Position numbers and translations under genes: made by a program. Shown here one piece after another: positions 28,802 through 39,631 of a stretch of 64,000 bases of DNA (position 1 is its first letter; each line of letters starts with the position of its first letter). This DNA comes from an uncultured Pelagibacteraceae bacterium (GTDB lineage: Bacteria > Pseudomonadota > Alphaproteobacteria > Pelagibacterales > AG-422-B15), in NCBI GenBank assembly GCA_902521655.1, contig CABYSM010000004.1, positions 3,125-67,124 of the forward strand, written 5' to 3'. The notes beneath the pieces were generated by a model. That model did no database searches and was not told where the DNA came from. It worked only from the letters and a program-made list of their open reading frames with translations.

Positions 28802-30211
28802 ATGACAACGGTTAATGACGCTTTAAAGAAAATCAAAGATGGCGGGGTAAAGTACTTAGACCTTAGGTTCACTGACCCTAGAGGTAAACTCCAACATTTG
28901 ACGATGGATTGCTCTGTTGTAGATGAAAGTCTATTAAAAAAGGGTGTTTTTTTTGATGGGTCTTCAATAGCTGGCTGGAAAGCTATTAATGAGTCTGACA
29001 TGGTGCTTAGGCCAGACTTATCAACCACAGTGATGGATCCATTCACAGCTCAACCTACAATGATGGTGTTCTGCGATATCCTTGATGCCGTAACCAAAGA
29101 GTCTTACGAGAGAGACCCGAGAGGTACTGCAAGAAAAGCCGAGGAATTTGTAAAAAGCAGTGGTGTTGGTGACACCGTTTATATTGGACCAGAAGCTGAA
29201 TTTTTTGTGTTTGATGATGTTAAATTTCAGGTTGATATGAATAAATCAATGTTTGAAATTGATAGCACTGAAGGACCGTATAACTCTGGAAAGAATTATG
29301 AAAGTGGTAATTTGGCTCATCGACCAGGTGTGAAAGGGGGTTACTTTCCTGTTCCTCCTGTAGATAGCGCTCAAGACATAAGAACTGAGTTTCTAGAAGA
29401 GTTAAAAAATTTAGGTTTAAAAATGGAGAAACATCACCACGAGGTTGCTCCAAGTCAACATGAATTAGGTCTTCTATTTGATACCTTGCTCAAACAAGGT
29501 GATGCAATGCAACTTTATAAGTACGGAGTTCACATGGTTGCAAACGCTTTTGGGAAAACTGCAACATTTATGCCTAAGCCTGTTAAAGGCGATAACGGTA
29601 CAGGCATGCATACGCATCAATCAATTTGGAAAAATGGAGAGCCTTTATTTGCCGGAGATAAATATGCTGGACTTTCAGATATGGCTTTAAACTATATTGG
29701 CGGAATAATAAAACATGGCAAGGCCCTTAACGCATTTACAAACGCAAGTACAAATAGTTACAAAAGATTAATACCCGGCTTTGAAGCCCCAGTAATATTA
29801 GTTTACTCAGCGAGAAATAGGTCTGCATCATGCAGAATACCCGTATCTGATAGCCCTAAAGGCAAAAGAGTAGAAGTAAGATTTCCTGATCCATCAGCAA
29901 ATCCTTACTTGGCATTTTCTGCAATGCTGATGGCTGGAATGGATGGCATAAAAAATAAAATTGATCCAGGAAAAGCAGCGGATGAAGATCTCTATGAGCT
30001 TTCGGATGCTGAAGTAAAAAAATTACCAACTGTATGTGGATCTTTAAGAGAAGCTCTAGATGCTGTTGACGGAGATAGGGATTTTTTAACTGAAGGCGGC
30101 GTATTCACAAATGATCAAATTGATGGGTATATTGAACTAAAAATGGAAGAAGTGTACGACCTAGAGCATTCCCCCCACCCAATTGAATTTAAAAACTATT
30201 TCAGCGTTTGA
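28802..30211 (+). CDS. glnA: Glutamine synthetase type I
   Basis: MTTVNDALKKIKDGGVKYLDLRFTDPRGKLQH N-terminus, GPEAEFF, HHEVA.SQHE, NGTGMHTHQS, and RVEVRFPD. ATG at 28802 preferred over the upstream TTG (28787) by comparison with GSI N-termini. Confidence 0.95.
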   Translation: MTTVNDALKKIKDGGVKYLDLRFTDPRGKLQHLTMDCSVVDESLLKKGVFFDGSSIAGWKAINESDMVLRPDLSTTVMDPFTAQPTMMVFCDILDAVTKESYERDPRGTARKAEEFVKSSGVGDTVYIGPEAEFFVFDDVKFQVDMNKSMFEIDSTEGPYNSGKNYESGNLAHRPGVKGGYFPVPPVDSAQDIRTEFLEELKNLGLKMEKHHHEVAPSQHELGLLFDTLLKQGDAMQLYKYGVHMVANAFGKTATFMPKPVKGDNGTGMHTHQSIWKNGEPLFAGDKYAGLSDMALNYIGGIIKHGKALNAFTNASTNSYKRLIPGFEAPVILVYSARNRSASCRIPVSDSPKGKRVEVRFPDPSANPYLAFSAMLMAGMDGIKNKIDPGKAADEDLYELSDAEVKKLPTVCGSLREALDAVDGDRDFLTEGGVFTNDQIDGYIELKMEEVYDLEHSPHPIEFKNYFSV

Positions 30212-30278
30212 TTATTCACGTAATTATTGAAATTTTTTTAAATAACGTTAATTTAATGCTACTTAAAGGAATTAAAAA

Positions 30279-31454
30279 ATGGAATTAACTACAGAACACG
30301 AAGAATTAAAAAGATCTGCCCTCAGATTTATCGAAGAAGAAATAAATCCGCATGTAGATGAATGGGAAGAAAATGAAATATTCCCTGCACATGATCTTTT
30401 TAAAAAACTTGGTGATCAGGGTTTCCTAGGAGTTACAAAACCTGAAAAATACGGTGGTGCTGGCTTAGATTATTCATACGGCGCTGTTTTAAATGAAGCC
30501 ATGGCTCACATTAAATGCGGTGGAGTTCCAATGGCAATCGGTGTGCAAACTGATATGTCAACACCTGCTCTTGCAAGATTTGGCAGCGAGGAGGTTTGTG
30601 AGCAGTTTCTAAAGCCATCAATTTCTGGTGACTTTGTATCTTGCCTCGGTGTTTCAGAGCCAAGTGCTGGTTCAGATGTTGCCGCAATTAAAACGCATGC
30701 TGTAAAAGATGGTGATGACTATGTTATCAATGGATCCAAAATGTGGATAACAAGTGGTACTCAAGCTGACTGGATGTGTATGCTCGCAAATACAGATAAC
30801 GCTGCAAAAAATAAACACTTAAATAAATCTCTAATATGTGTGCCTCTCAAAGAAAATGGAAAACGGGTCAAAGGAGTAACCATAAATAGAAAACTAAAAA
30901 AAATGGGAATGCATTCCTCTGATACAGCGGAAATTTTTTTTGAAGGTGTTAGGGTTCCTCAGGGCTATTTGGTAGGAGAAGAGGGAAAAGGCTTTGTGTA
31001 TCAAATGATGCAATTTCAAGAAGAAAGATTATACGCTGCAATAGCAAACTATACATCATGTGAACTAGCTATTAATCAAACAATTGATTACACAAGACAA
31101 AGAAAAACATTTGGCAAACCAATCCTCGATAACCAAGTTGTTCATTTTAAATTAGCTGAACTCATGACAGAAGTTGAAGCTCTCAAGGCATTAACCTGGA
31201 AAGGCATTGATATTCATGTCAACGGAGGCGATTGTACAAAACTTGCTTCTATGTCAAAATTAAAATCAACTAGACTTGCACGAAAAGTAAATGACGAATG
31301 TCTTCAGTATTGGGGTGGAATGGGTTTTATGGATGAAACTCCTATCTCTCGCGCTTACAGGGATGGACGCCTTGGATCAATCGGTGGCGGTTCCGATGAA
31401 GTAATGCTTGGAATTATTTCGAAGTATTTAGATATATTGCCAGGAAAAAACTAA
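30279..31454 (+). CDS. Acyl-CoA dehydrogenase (isovaleryl/short-branched-chain type possible)
   Basis: ACAD N/M/C domains with GVSEPSAGSDVAAIKT, GSKMWITSG, and C-terminal YRDGRLGSIGGGSDEV. 391 aa. Confidence 0.9.
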   Translation: MELTTEHEELKRSALRFIEEEINPHVDEWEENEIFPAHDLFKKLGDQGFLGVTKPEKYGGAGLDYSYGAVLNEAMAHIKCGGVPMAIGVQTDMSTPALARFGSEEVCEQFLKPSISGDFVSCLGVSEPSAGSDVAAIKTHAVKDGDDYVINGSKMWITSGTQADWMCMLANTDNAAKNKHLNKSLICVPLKENGKRVKGVTINRKLKKMGMHSSDTAEIFFEGVRVPQGYLVGEEGKGFVYQMMQFQEERLYAAIANYTSCELAINQTIDYTRQRKTFGKPILDNQVVHFKLAELMTEVEALKALTWKGIDIHVNGGDCTKLASMSKLKSTRLARKVNDECLQYWGGMGFMDETPISRAYRDGRLGSIGGGSDEVMLGIISKYLDILPGKN

Positions 31455-33092
31455 TTACATTCTCGCTACGCCAAATGTATTTGGCTTTAATTCTCTTTTA
31501 TCTCCATCGCTAATGATATTTAAACATTCACCTAATATTTTTCTTGTATCTCTTGGGTCAATTATTCCATCATCCCATAGTCTTGCAGAACAAAAAATGG
31601 CCTCGCCCTCTTCACGGTATTGGTCAATTATTTTTGTCTTCATGCCTTCTAACATTTCTAGATTTTCTCCATATATTTTTTTAGGGTCCATTCCTTTTTT
31701 TTCTGCACCCTCCATGGCTACCTGAGCCATAGTCCTTGCGGCTTGCTCACCACCCATTACACTCATCTTTGCATTTGGCCATGAAAATAAGAATCTTGGG
31801 TCATAAGATCTTCCAGCCATTCCATACTCACCTGCACCAAAAGATGCACCTATTCTTAAGGTTATCTTTGGAACCGTACAGTTTGTAACTGCCTGTATCA
31901 TTTTTGATCCATGTCTGATCATTCCTTTTGCTTCTTCTTTTGTCCCAACCATAAAACCGGTAATATTTTGTAAAAAAATAAGTGGGGTATTTGACTGGGA
32001 GCAAATCTGAATGAATTGAGTCGCCTTGTTTGCACTTTCAGAAAATATAGGACCGTTATTCGCTAGAATACCAACTTTGTATCCTTGGATACTAGCATGT
32101 CCCGTAATCAAAGTTTTGCCCCAACCTTCTTTAAATTCTAAAAATTCAGATCCATCAGTAATTCTTGCTATTACTTCTCGGCAGTCATAAGGAGACTTAT
32201 AATCAACTGGAACAACTCCAGTTAGTTCATCAGGTGAGTAAATTGGTTCTTTAAAATCATTCTTTTGCGTAGTCTCAAAATCATTATCCCATCCAATATT
32301 TTTCATAACGTCACGAGCAATCTCAATTGCGTGAGCATCGTCTTTAGCCATGTACTCTGCAAGACCAGATACTGCATAATGTAATTCTGCTCCACCAATT
32401 TCTTCATCAGTTGCTATTTCACCCAGTGAAGCTCTTAGTAATGGTGGGCCCGCCAAAAATATCTTAGATCTTTCTTTAACAACTATTATATAATCAGATA
32501 AACCAGTTTGGTATGCTCCACCGGCAGTAGACGATCCATGTACGACACCTATTGTTGGGATTCCCATGGCAGACATTTTTGCTAAATTTGCAAAACTTCT
32601 TCCACCTTTAATAAACATATCTGTTTGTCGGAGCAAATTGGCTCCTGCGCTTTCAATTAATTGTATAAAAGGCAATTTGTTTTCAAAAATCATTTGTGCG
32701 CCTCTTAGTCCTTTTTCAACGCCCATAGCTGAACTGCTTCCACCTTTGATACCTGCATCTGATACACCAATCATGCATCTTACTCCTGATACATAACCTA
32801 TACCTCCAATGCCATTGCCCCAACCAATGCTCTTTTCTCCGTCATCATCACCAATCTTGTACCCAGCTAAAGTTGACAGCGGAAGCCAAAAGCTTCCAGG
32901 ATCAAGTAGTTTATTAAGTCTATCTCGAGGTAATAGTTGGCCTCTTTTTTCAAACTTATCTTTTGATCTGGCTGAATTATCGGCAATTTTTTTCTCTAGA
33001 GTTCTGACTTCATCTATTAATTTTGCATGATCCTGCTGGTTCTTCTTAAACGATTTTGAATTGATCATGATTTTTGATTCAATGACTGGCAT
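31455..33092 (-). CDS. Acyl-CoA carboxylase carboxyltransferase (beta) subunit, methylcrotonyl-/geranyl-CoA carboxylase-like
   Basis: 545-aa carboxyl_trans family (RGQLLPRDRLNKLLDPGSF, VVHGSSTAGGAY, ITGFMVG). No biotin-carboxylase subunit is adjacent. Confidence 0.88.
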   Translation of the reverse strand: MPVIESKIMINSKSFKKNQQDHAKLIDEVRTLEKKIADNSARSKDKFEKRGQLLPRDRLNKLLDPGSFWLPLSTLAGYKIGDDDGEKSIGWGNGIGGIGYVSGVRCMIGVSDAGIKGGSSSAMGVEKGLRGAQMIFENKLPFIQLIESAGANLLRQTDMFIKGGRSFANLAKMSAMGIPTIGVVHGSSTAGGAYQTGLSDYIIVVKERSKIFLAGPPLLRASLGEIATDEEIGGAELHYAVSGLAEYMAKDDAHAIEIARDVMKNIGWDNDFETTQKNDFKEPIYSPDELTGVVPVDYKSPYDCREVIARITDGSEFLEFKEGWGKTLITGHASIQGYKVGILANNGPIFSESANKATQFIQICSQSNTPLIFLQNITGFMVGTKEEAKGMIRHGSKMIQAVTNCTVPKITLRIGASFGAGEYGMAGRSYDPRFLFSWPNAKMSVMGGEQAARTMAQVAMEGAEKKGMDPKKIYGENLEMLEGMKTKIIDQYREEGEAIFCSARLWDDGIIDPRDTRKILGECLNIISDGDKRELKPNTFGVARM

Positions 33093-33175
33093 AGTAAAAC
33101 TCTAATAATTTCATGTCGTTAGACTAATAAAATATTACACAAAGTAAAGAATCTTGTTTAGTAATAGAGCTGGTC

Positions 33176-35173
33176 ATGAGTAAAAAAAATATCAGGAAAA
33201 AGTTACCCAAAAAAGACAAGCTAAAAAATAAAATAGCCAGCAAATCAAGTAAAAGTTATACAGCGAAGGATATTGAGGTCCTTGAAGGGTTAGAGCCAGT
33301 TAGAAAAAGGCCAGGTATGTATATTGGCGGTACTGACATTTTAGCGATGCATCACCTAGTAAGTGAGGTACTTGATAATTCAATGGATGAAGTAGTAGCT
33401 GGTCATGCTAACAAAGTAGAAATAAACCTAAAAAATAACTCTACTATAGAAATATCTGATAATGGGAGAGGCATTCCAGTCGACAAGCATCCTAAATTCA
33501 AAATACCTGCCGCCGAAGTCATTATGACTACACTTCATTCAGGAGGAAAATTTTCTAACAACAGCTATAAAACATCAGGTGGGTTGCATGGCGTTGGCAT
33601 TTCAGTAGTTAATGCTCTTTCGAAAAAATTAACACTTGAAATTGCGAGAGATAAAAAATATTTCACACAAGTTTACCAGCAAGGGAATCCTAAAACAAAA
33701 TTAAAATCTTCCACAAAAGGGTCATTAAAGAAAGGTACAAGAATAGTTTTTTCACCAGATACCGAAATCTTTGGTGATGAGGCCTATTTCGATGCTTCGA
33801 TTATTTATAATATGGCTAAAGCAAAAGCTTATTTGATACCTGATGTTGAGATACATTGGTCTTGTGATAAATCTGTCTCAAAAAAGAATGTACCCCTTAA
33901 GGATAAACTGCACTATTCTGATGGGATCAAGGATTATCTTCATAGCTTGTGTTCACCGCAAGATCCAATATTTGAAGATCCCTTTTATTTTAATACAAAA
34001 ATTAGTGACGAAGACGGAAAGATAGAAGGGATTGTCAATTGGTTTGATGCCATGGAACCTATAAATGAGTCATATTGCAATACAATAAAAACACCTATGG
34101 GAGGAACGCATGAAAGTGGATTCAAAACAGGTATATTCAAAGCCTTTAAAGAATTTTCAAAATTAAAATACGAAAAAAAATCATCTCAAATAAATCAGGA
34201 AGACCTATTTGGATCTTCAGCTTCTATTTTATCTGTATTTCTTGAAAACCCAGAATTTCAAGGACAGACTAAGGAAAAACTTTCCAGTATTGAACCAGGA
34301 AGAAAGATAGAGAGCAAAATTAAAATATTATTTGAACAATGGCTTACTTCAAAAACAAAATCAGCTGAAGAATTATTTCTATATGCATTCAACAGATCTC
34401 AATTACGACTTCAAAACAGATCAAATCAAATAATTGATAAAAATATAAAAAGAAAAAAAACAACATTGCCAGGGAAACTAGCCGATTGTTCAATAGATGG
34501 AAATAAAGGTACAGAAATATTTTTAGTAGAAGGAGATTCAGCTGGAGGTTCCGCAAAGCAAGCAAGAGATCGTAAAACTCAAGCGATTTTACCGCTGAGA
34601 GGAAAAATATTAAATGTAATAAGTGCAGGAAGAGAAAAAATTAATGCTAATCAAGAAATTATTGATTTAGTTCAAGCCATTGGTTGCAAGAGAGGTGAAA
34701 AATTTAATTCGAAAGATATTAGGTATGAAAAAATAATTATAATGACAGATGCTGATGTTGACGGAGCCCATATATCAACATTGCTAATGGCATTTTTTTA
34801 CAAGGAATTCCCAAAACTTATTGATGAAGGACACTTATATTTATCAGTGCCTCCCCTATATAGGATTACTAAGGGATCAAAAATTTTATACGCTGTAAAT
34901 GATAAGCATAAAGATGAAATTATTAAAAAAGAATTTAAAAACAGTGAAGTTAATATTAATAGATTTAAAGGTCTTGGCGAAATGATGCCTGCTCAATTGA
35001 AAGAAACAACCATGTCTCAAGAAAATAGAACATTGTTAAAAGTACAGATTGCGACAAAAGATAAGAAAAAAACTCATAAATCAGTGGACGCTTTAATGGG
35101 CAAAAAACCTGAGTTAAGATTTAAATTCATTGTAGAAAATTCTAAAAAGATTTCAGCAGAAAATATACTTTAA
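33176..35173 (+). CDS. parE: DNA topoisomerase IV subunit B
   Basis: GHKL ATPase domain (LEPVRKRPGMYIGGT, ...DNGRGIPV), TOPRIM EGDSAGG, and PLRGKILNV. At 665 aa it lacks the GyrB-specific insert, and gyrA is encoded separately, so ParE rather than GyrB. Confidence 0.88.
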   Translation: MSKKNIRKKLPKKDKLKNKIASKSSKSYTAKDIEVLEGLEPVRKRPGMYIGGTDILAMHHLVSEVLDNSMDEVVAGHANKVEINLKNNSTIEISDNGRGIPVDKHPKFKIPAAEVIMTTLHSGGKFSNNSYKTSGGLHGVGISVVNALSKKLTLEIARDKKYFTQVYQQGNPKTKLKSSTKGSLKKGTRIVFSPDTEIFGDEAYFDASIIYNMAKAKAYLIPDVEIHWSCDKSVSKKNVPLKDKLHYSDGIKDYLHSLCSPQDPIFEDPFYFNTKISDEDGKIEGIVNWFDAMEPINESYCNTIKTPMGGTHESGFKTGIFKAFKEFSKLKYEKKSSQINQEDLFGSSASILSVFLENPEFQGQTKEKLSSIEPGRKIESKIKILFEQWLTSKTKSAEELFLYAFNRSQLRLQNRSNQIIDKNIKRKKTTLPGKLADCSIDGNKGTEIFLVEGDSAGGSAKQARDRKTQAILPLRGKILNVISAGREKINANQEIIDLVQAIGCKRGEKFNSKDIRYEKIIIMTDADVDGAHISTLLMAFFYKEFPKLIDEGHLYLSVPPLYRITKGSKILYAVNDKHKDEIIKKEFKNSEVNINRFKGLGEMMPAQLKETTMSQENRTLLKVQIATKDKKKTHKSVDALMGKKPELRFKFIVENSKKISAENIL

Positions 35174-36627
35174 GTTAATCTTTTAATATTCTTTTCGGTA
35201 GACTCTGTAAATGGCGCAGTAATCATTTTTCCAGCATCTAAAATATTCTGCCCCTTTAAAACTGACCTTTTATGACTAAAGTTTTTAAAGCCGTCATATC
35301 CATGGTACGCGCCCATTCCACTTGGCCCAACGCCTCCAAATGGCAAGTCGTGCATAGAGAATTGAAATAGAACATCATTCATGACTGCCTGGCCTGAGGA
35401 AGTGTTATCTAAGACATTATTCATTTCTGTTTTGTCATCACCGAAATAATAAAGAGCCAATGCCTTTGGGTTTTTGTTAATGAAGCTAACAGTTTCATTA
35501 AAATCTTTATACGTTTTAACAGGCATTAAAGGTCCAAATATTTCTTCCTTCATTACTTTCATGTCATCAGTTGGATTTAGAATTAATGTAGGAACAATCT
35601 TGTGATGTTCTTGTTGAGAAAAATCCTCTTGAGCTGGATTAATTTCAATAACGGTAGCTCCTTTTGATTTGGCATCCTGAACTAATTCATTCAGCCTTTC
35701 AAAATGATTTAAATGTATTATGGATGTATAATCAGGATTATTTTTTATTGTTGGGTAGTTTTCAGCAACGTGATCCTTTGCGTGTTGAACGAATTCTTCA
35801 GTTTGGTCCTCTTGAACAAATACGTAATCAGGAGAAACGCATATTTGACCAGCATTGAGAAGTTTGCCCATCATAATCTTATCAACACTTTTTTTCATTT
35901 TTGCATTTGAACTAACAATAGCTGGAGACTTGCCTCCTAATTCTAAAGTCATCGGAACCAAATTGGATGCAGCTTCTGAAGCCACTTTTTTTGCCACATT
36001 TGTCGAGCCTGTGAAAAGAAGGTGGTCAAATGGTAAGCCAGCAAATGACTGAGATGTCTGTGGACCACCATTGATGATCACCACTTCTTTTTCAGTAAAA
36101 TATTTGTTTATTAATTTTTCAGTAAGCTCTGAAGTGGCAGGAACAAATTCTGATAACTTAATCATCGCATTATTTCCAGCTGCGAATATTTCAATAAGCG
36201 GAGCAATACTTAATGTAAGTGGAAAATTCCATGGCGAAATGATACCTACAACTCCGTATGGTTGAAACTGAACATAGGCTTTTGAGCCTAATAATCCTAA
36301 AGGAAAATTTGGCTTTCTATTATCTTGCTTTACCCATTTCTTTATATTTTTTAAAGCATGTTTCGCATTATTAATAACTGGCATTGTGTCTGCCATTAAA
36401 CTTAATTGCTCATGACGAGATCCAAAATCTTCTCTTAATGATTTATGAAAAGCATCTATATTTTCTTCAACTAATTTCTGTATTCGTTTAATTCGATCTA
36501 TTCGATCATTAATATTGGGGTTGAAGTTCTCTAAGAATGGCTCTTTCAATATGTTGAGTTTTGAAAGCATAGTATCTTTACTAACTTCTGGATAATTGCC
36601 TGTAATTGAAATATTCCCTAATCCCAT
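35170..36627 (-). CDS. NAD(P)-dependent aldehyde dehydrogenase (class-3/coniferyl-aldehyde-DH-like)
   Basis: ELGGKSPAIV and catalytic Cys in GQICVSPDYVFV. 485 aa. The true start may be the internal Met (MLSKLN..., 36570). Confidence 0.88.
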   Translation of the reverse strand: MGLGNISITGNYPEVSKDTMLSKLNILKEPFLENFNPNINDRIDRIKRIQKLVEENIDAFHKSLREDFGSRHEQLSLMADTMPVINNAKHALKNIKKWVKQDNRKPNFPLGLLGSKAYVQFQPYGVVGIISPWNFPLTLSIAPLIEIFAAGNNAMIKLSEFVPATSELTEKLINKYFTEKEVVIINGGPQTSQSFAGLPFDHLLFTGSTNVAKKVASEAASNLVPMTLELGGKSPAIVSSNAKMKKSVDKIMMGKLLNAGQICVSPDYVFVQEDQTEEFVQHAKDHVAENYPTIKNNPDYTSIIHLNHFERLNELVQDAKSKGATVIEINPAQEDFSQQEHHKIVPTLILNPTDDMKVMKEEIFGPLMPVKTYKDFNETVSFINKNPKALALYYFGDDKTEMNNVLDNTSSGQAVMNDVLFQFSMHDLPFGGVGPSGMGAYHGYDGFKNFSHKRSVLKGQNILDAGKMITAPFTESTEKNIKRLT

Positions 36628-36713
36628 AAAAATAATCTAACTTAAATTTTTCTACTTTAAAATAACAAAAAATATACTTTTTTGTTTGATGGTTAATAGT
36701 ATATTAATAAATA

Positions 36714-37505
36714 ATGAGCGATATAGTAAAATCCGAAATTATTGATAATGTTGCATTATTAACCCTCAATGATCCTGACAGACTTAATGCTTTGTCTTTA
36801 GACATGATAGCGGAATTACATAAAAATATAATTTTAATTAATAATGGTGAAATAAAAGCTCGCTGTTTAGTTATAACTGGTGCTGGAAGAGGTTTTTGCG
36901 CAGGAGCAAATCTAATTGAAGGAGCTGGAAAGTCCAGCTTTGAAGACATCGATCCAGGAAAAGCATTAGAAGAACATTATCATCCTTTTTTAGTTGATTT
37001 AAAAAATTTAAAAATACCCCTCATAACAGCTGTTAATGGAGTAGCTGCAGGCGCAGGATGCTCACTTGGTATCTTTGGAGACATAGTTTATGCTGCAAAA
37101 TCTTCGTATTTTTATCAAGCATTTAAGTTTATTGGCCTAGTAGCAGATGCCAGCTCTACTTTTGTGATACCAAGAAAAATTGGGATGGCACGTGCATTAG
37201 AATTTTCATTAATTGGTGAAAAGGTTGCGGCTGATAAAGCGCTTGATTGGGGGCTAATAAATCATGTTGTTGAAGACGATAAGCTGATGTCGACTGTAAT
37301 GGATGCTGCAACTAATCTTGCAGAAGGGCCTACAGTCGCACTAGGATTAATGAAACAACTATATTGGGATAGCTTTGCAAATACATTTGAAGAGCAGATT
37401 TCAGCTGAAAGCAAAGCACAAACCATTGCTGGAAAAACTGAGGATAGCAAAATCGGTGTAATCTCATTTATCCAAAAACAGAAAGCAAAATTCAAAGGTA
37501 AATAA
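36714..37505 (+). CDS. Enoyl-CoA hydratase/isomerase family protein
   Basis: Crotonase fold with ITGAGRGFCAGANL and AVNGVAAGAGCSLG. 263 aa. Confidence 0.9.
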   Translation: MSDIVKSEIIDNVALLTLNDPDRLNALSLDMIAELHKNIILINNGEIKARCLVITGAGRGFCAGANLIEGAGKSSFEDIDPGKALEEHYHPFLVDLKNLKIPLITAVNGVAAGAGCSLGIFGDIVYAAKSSYFYQAFKFIGLVADASSTFVIPRKIGMARALEFSLIGEKVAADKALDWGLINHVVEDDKLMSTVMDAATNLAEGPTVALGLMKQLYWDSFANTFEEQISAESKAQTIAGKTEDSKIGVISFIQKQKAKFKGK

Positions 37506-37506
37506 C

Positions 37507-38610
37507 TTAATCTAAGTATTTAGATAAAAAATCAGCTCTAAATTTTTCAAATTCATTATTTTCAATTGAAGTTCTTATATTGCTCATCATTTCTTGATAA
37601 AAATATATATTATGTAAAGATAAGAGCATGCCTCCTAGCATTTCTTTTGCATTAAACAAATGATGGATATAGCCAGCAGAGTAATCTCTACAAATCGGAT
37701 TATTGCTTTCTGGATCAATTGACTCATCTAAACTTTTATATTTAGCATTTCTTATATTAATTGGTCCTGATTTTGTAAAAGCTTGTCCATTTCGTCCATT
37801 GCGTGTGGGCAACACACAATCAAACATATCAATACCACGAGCAACACTTCCAATAATATCATCGGGCTTACCTACTCCCATTAAATAATGAGGTTTTTCG
37901 ATTGGAAGCTGTGAAACAGTATAATCTAGCACATCAAACATTTGAGTTTGAGTTTCTCCAACAGCTAAGCCTCCGACTGCGTAACCATCAAATCCAATAT
38001 CACTTAATAAACTAGCAGACTGATGCCTTAAGTCTTCGTAAGTACTTCCTTGAACAATGCCAAACAATTTATTTGTATTATGATCTTTAAAATACTCCTT
38101 ACACCTACCTGCCCACCTCATTGACAATTCCATTGATTTTTTTGCTTCGTCATACTCAGCTGGATAAGGAGTACACTCATCAAATGCCATAACTATATCT
38201 GAGTTTAAATCAGTTTGTATCTCAATAGATTTTTCAGGTGAGACAAATACTTTTGTTCCATCAATGTGTGATGAGAACTCAACGCCCTCTTCTGATAACT
38301 TTCTAAGATTTGACAATGAGTATACTTGATAACCGCCAGAGTCAGTTAAAATAGGTTTATTCCAATTCATAAATTTATGAAGACCTCCAAATTCTTTTAC
38401 TTGAGTAGATCCAGGTCTCAACATTAAGTGATACGTATTTCCTAGTATTATTTCTGAGTTCGTTTCATATAAATCTTTTGTGAATACAGCTTTTACGGTT
38501 GCCGCAGTTCCAACGGGCATGAACGCAGGAGTATTAATAATGCCATTTTTTGTATTGAGTTTACCTCTACGGGCGTTGCCATCTTTATGAGTAATCTGAA
38601 AATCAGTCAT
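37507..38610 (-). CDS. tgt: tRNA-guanine transglycosylase
   Basis: TPAFMPVGT, ILTDSGGYQV, and zinc-site region. 367 aa. Overlaps queA by 8 nt. Confidence 0.95.
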   Translation of the reverse strand: MTDFQITHKDGNARRGKLNTKNGIINTPAFMPVGTAATVKAVFTKDLYETNSEIILGNTYHLMLRPGSTQVKEFGGLHKFMNWNKPILTDSGGYQVYSLSNLRKLSEEGVEFSSHIDGTKVFVSPEKSIEIQTDLNSDIVMAFDECTPYPAEYDEAKKSMELSMRWAGRCKEYFKDHNTNKLFGIVQGSTYEDLRHQSASLLSDIGFDGYAVGGLAVGETQTQMFDVLDYTVSQLPIEKPHYLMGVGKPDDIIGSVARGIDMFDCVLPTRNGRNGQAFTKSGPINIRNAKYKSLDESIDPESNNPICRDYSAGYIHHLFNAKEMLGGMLLSLHNIYFYQEMMSNIRTSIENNEFEKFRADFLSKYLD

Positions 38611-39628
38611 TTTTATATAGTAAACTTACGTCTCCGTATGAAAAAAAACGATAATTATTTTTTATTGCATGGTTATACATATTTTTAACCTCCTCAGTTC
38701 CACTAAATGCAGAAATAAGTAATAACAATGTCGATTTAGGTAAATGAAAATTAGTTAATAATATATCTACAACTTCAAATTTATAACCTGGTTTAATAAA
38801 TATATCCGTTTCTCCCATAAATTTATTAATTTCCCCATTTATAACTGCGCTTTCTAGGAGTCTTAATGTTGTGGTACCTACAGATATAATCTTTCCTCCG
38901 TTTAATTTACACTCTCTTATTCGATCAGCGCTTTTTTGGCTAATTGTTCCATGTTCTGAATGCATTTTGTGCAAACTTAAATCATCATTCCTTATGGGCA
39001 AGAATGTACCCGCACCTACATGAAGAGTTACTTCAATTAGTTGATTGTTTTTTTTAAGATGATTAATTATAGCATCATTAAAATGCAGTCCTGCCGTTGG
39101 AGCAGCAATTGAGCCCTTTTCAGTTGCATAGACAGTTTGATAATCATTGAAATCCTTAGAGTCACTTTGTCTTTTTTTTTGTATATAGGGTGGTAAGGGC
39201 ATGTTTCCCTCATCTTCTATAAATTTGTCAAATTCTTTCTTCGAACAATCAAATTCTAATTCAATTTCTCCATATGTAAGTTTTTCAGTAACAGTACATG
39301 TGATGTTTTTATTAAATAGAATGTTTTGCCCAATGCTTATTTTTTTTCCTGGCTTTGCAAATGCAAGCCACTTCGTTTCTCCTATATTTTTGTGCAATGT
39401 TATAAGAAAATTTATTCCATTGCTTTGCCCTTTGAGAAGTATCGGAATTACTCTAGTATTGTTTATGACAACTAGGTCTTTTACCCCAACATAATCTAAA
39501 AAATTTGAGAAACTTGTATCAGTATATGAATTGTTACAAACAAGCATCTTCGACTCTTGTCTAGGACTGCAGGGCCTATCAGCAATCAACTCATCAGGCA
39601 GATCAAAGTCATAATGACTTAGTTTCAT
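38603..39628 (-). CDS. queA: S-adenosylmethionine:tRNA ribosyltransferase-isomerase
   Basis: YDFDLPDELIADRP N-terminus, GSIAAPTAGLHF, VGAGTF, and SVGTTTLR. 341 aa. Confidence 0.95.
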   Translation of the reverse strand: MKLSHYDFDLPDELIADRPCSPRQESKMLVCNNSYTDTSFSNFLDYVGVKDLVVINNTRVIPILLKGQSNGINFLITLHKNIGETKWLAFAKPGKKISIGQNILFNKNITCTVTEKLTYGEIELEFDCSKKEFDKFIEDEGNMPLPPYIQKKRQSDSKDFNDYQTVYATEKGSIAAPTAGLHFNDAIINHLKKNNQLIEVTLHVGAGTFLPIRNDDLSLHKMHSEHGTISQKSADRIRECKLNGGKIISVGTTTLRLLESAVINGEINKFMGETDIFIKPGYKFEVVDILLTNFHLPKSTLLLLISAFSGTEEVKNMYNHAIKNNYRFFSYGDVSLLYKND

Positions 39629-39631
39629 TGC

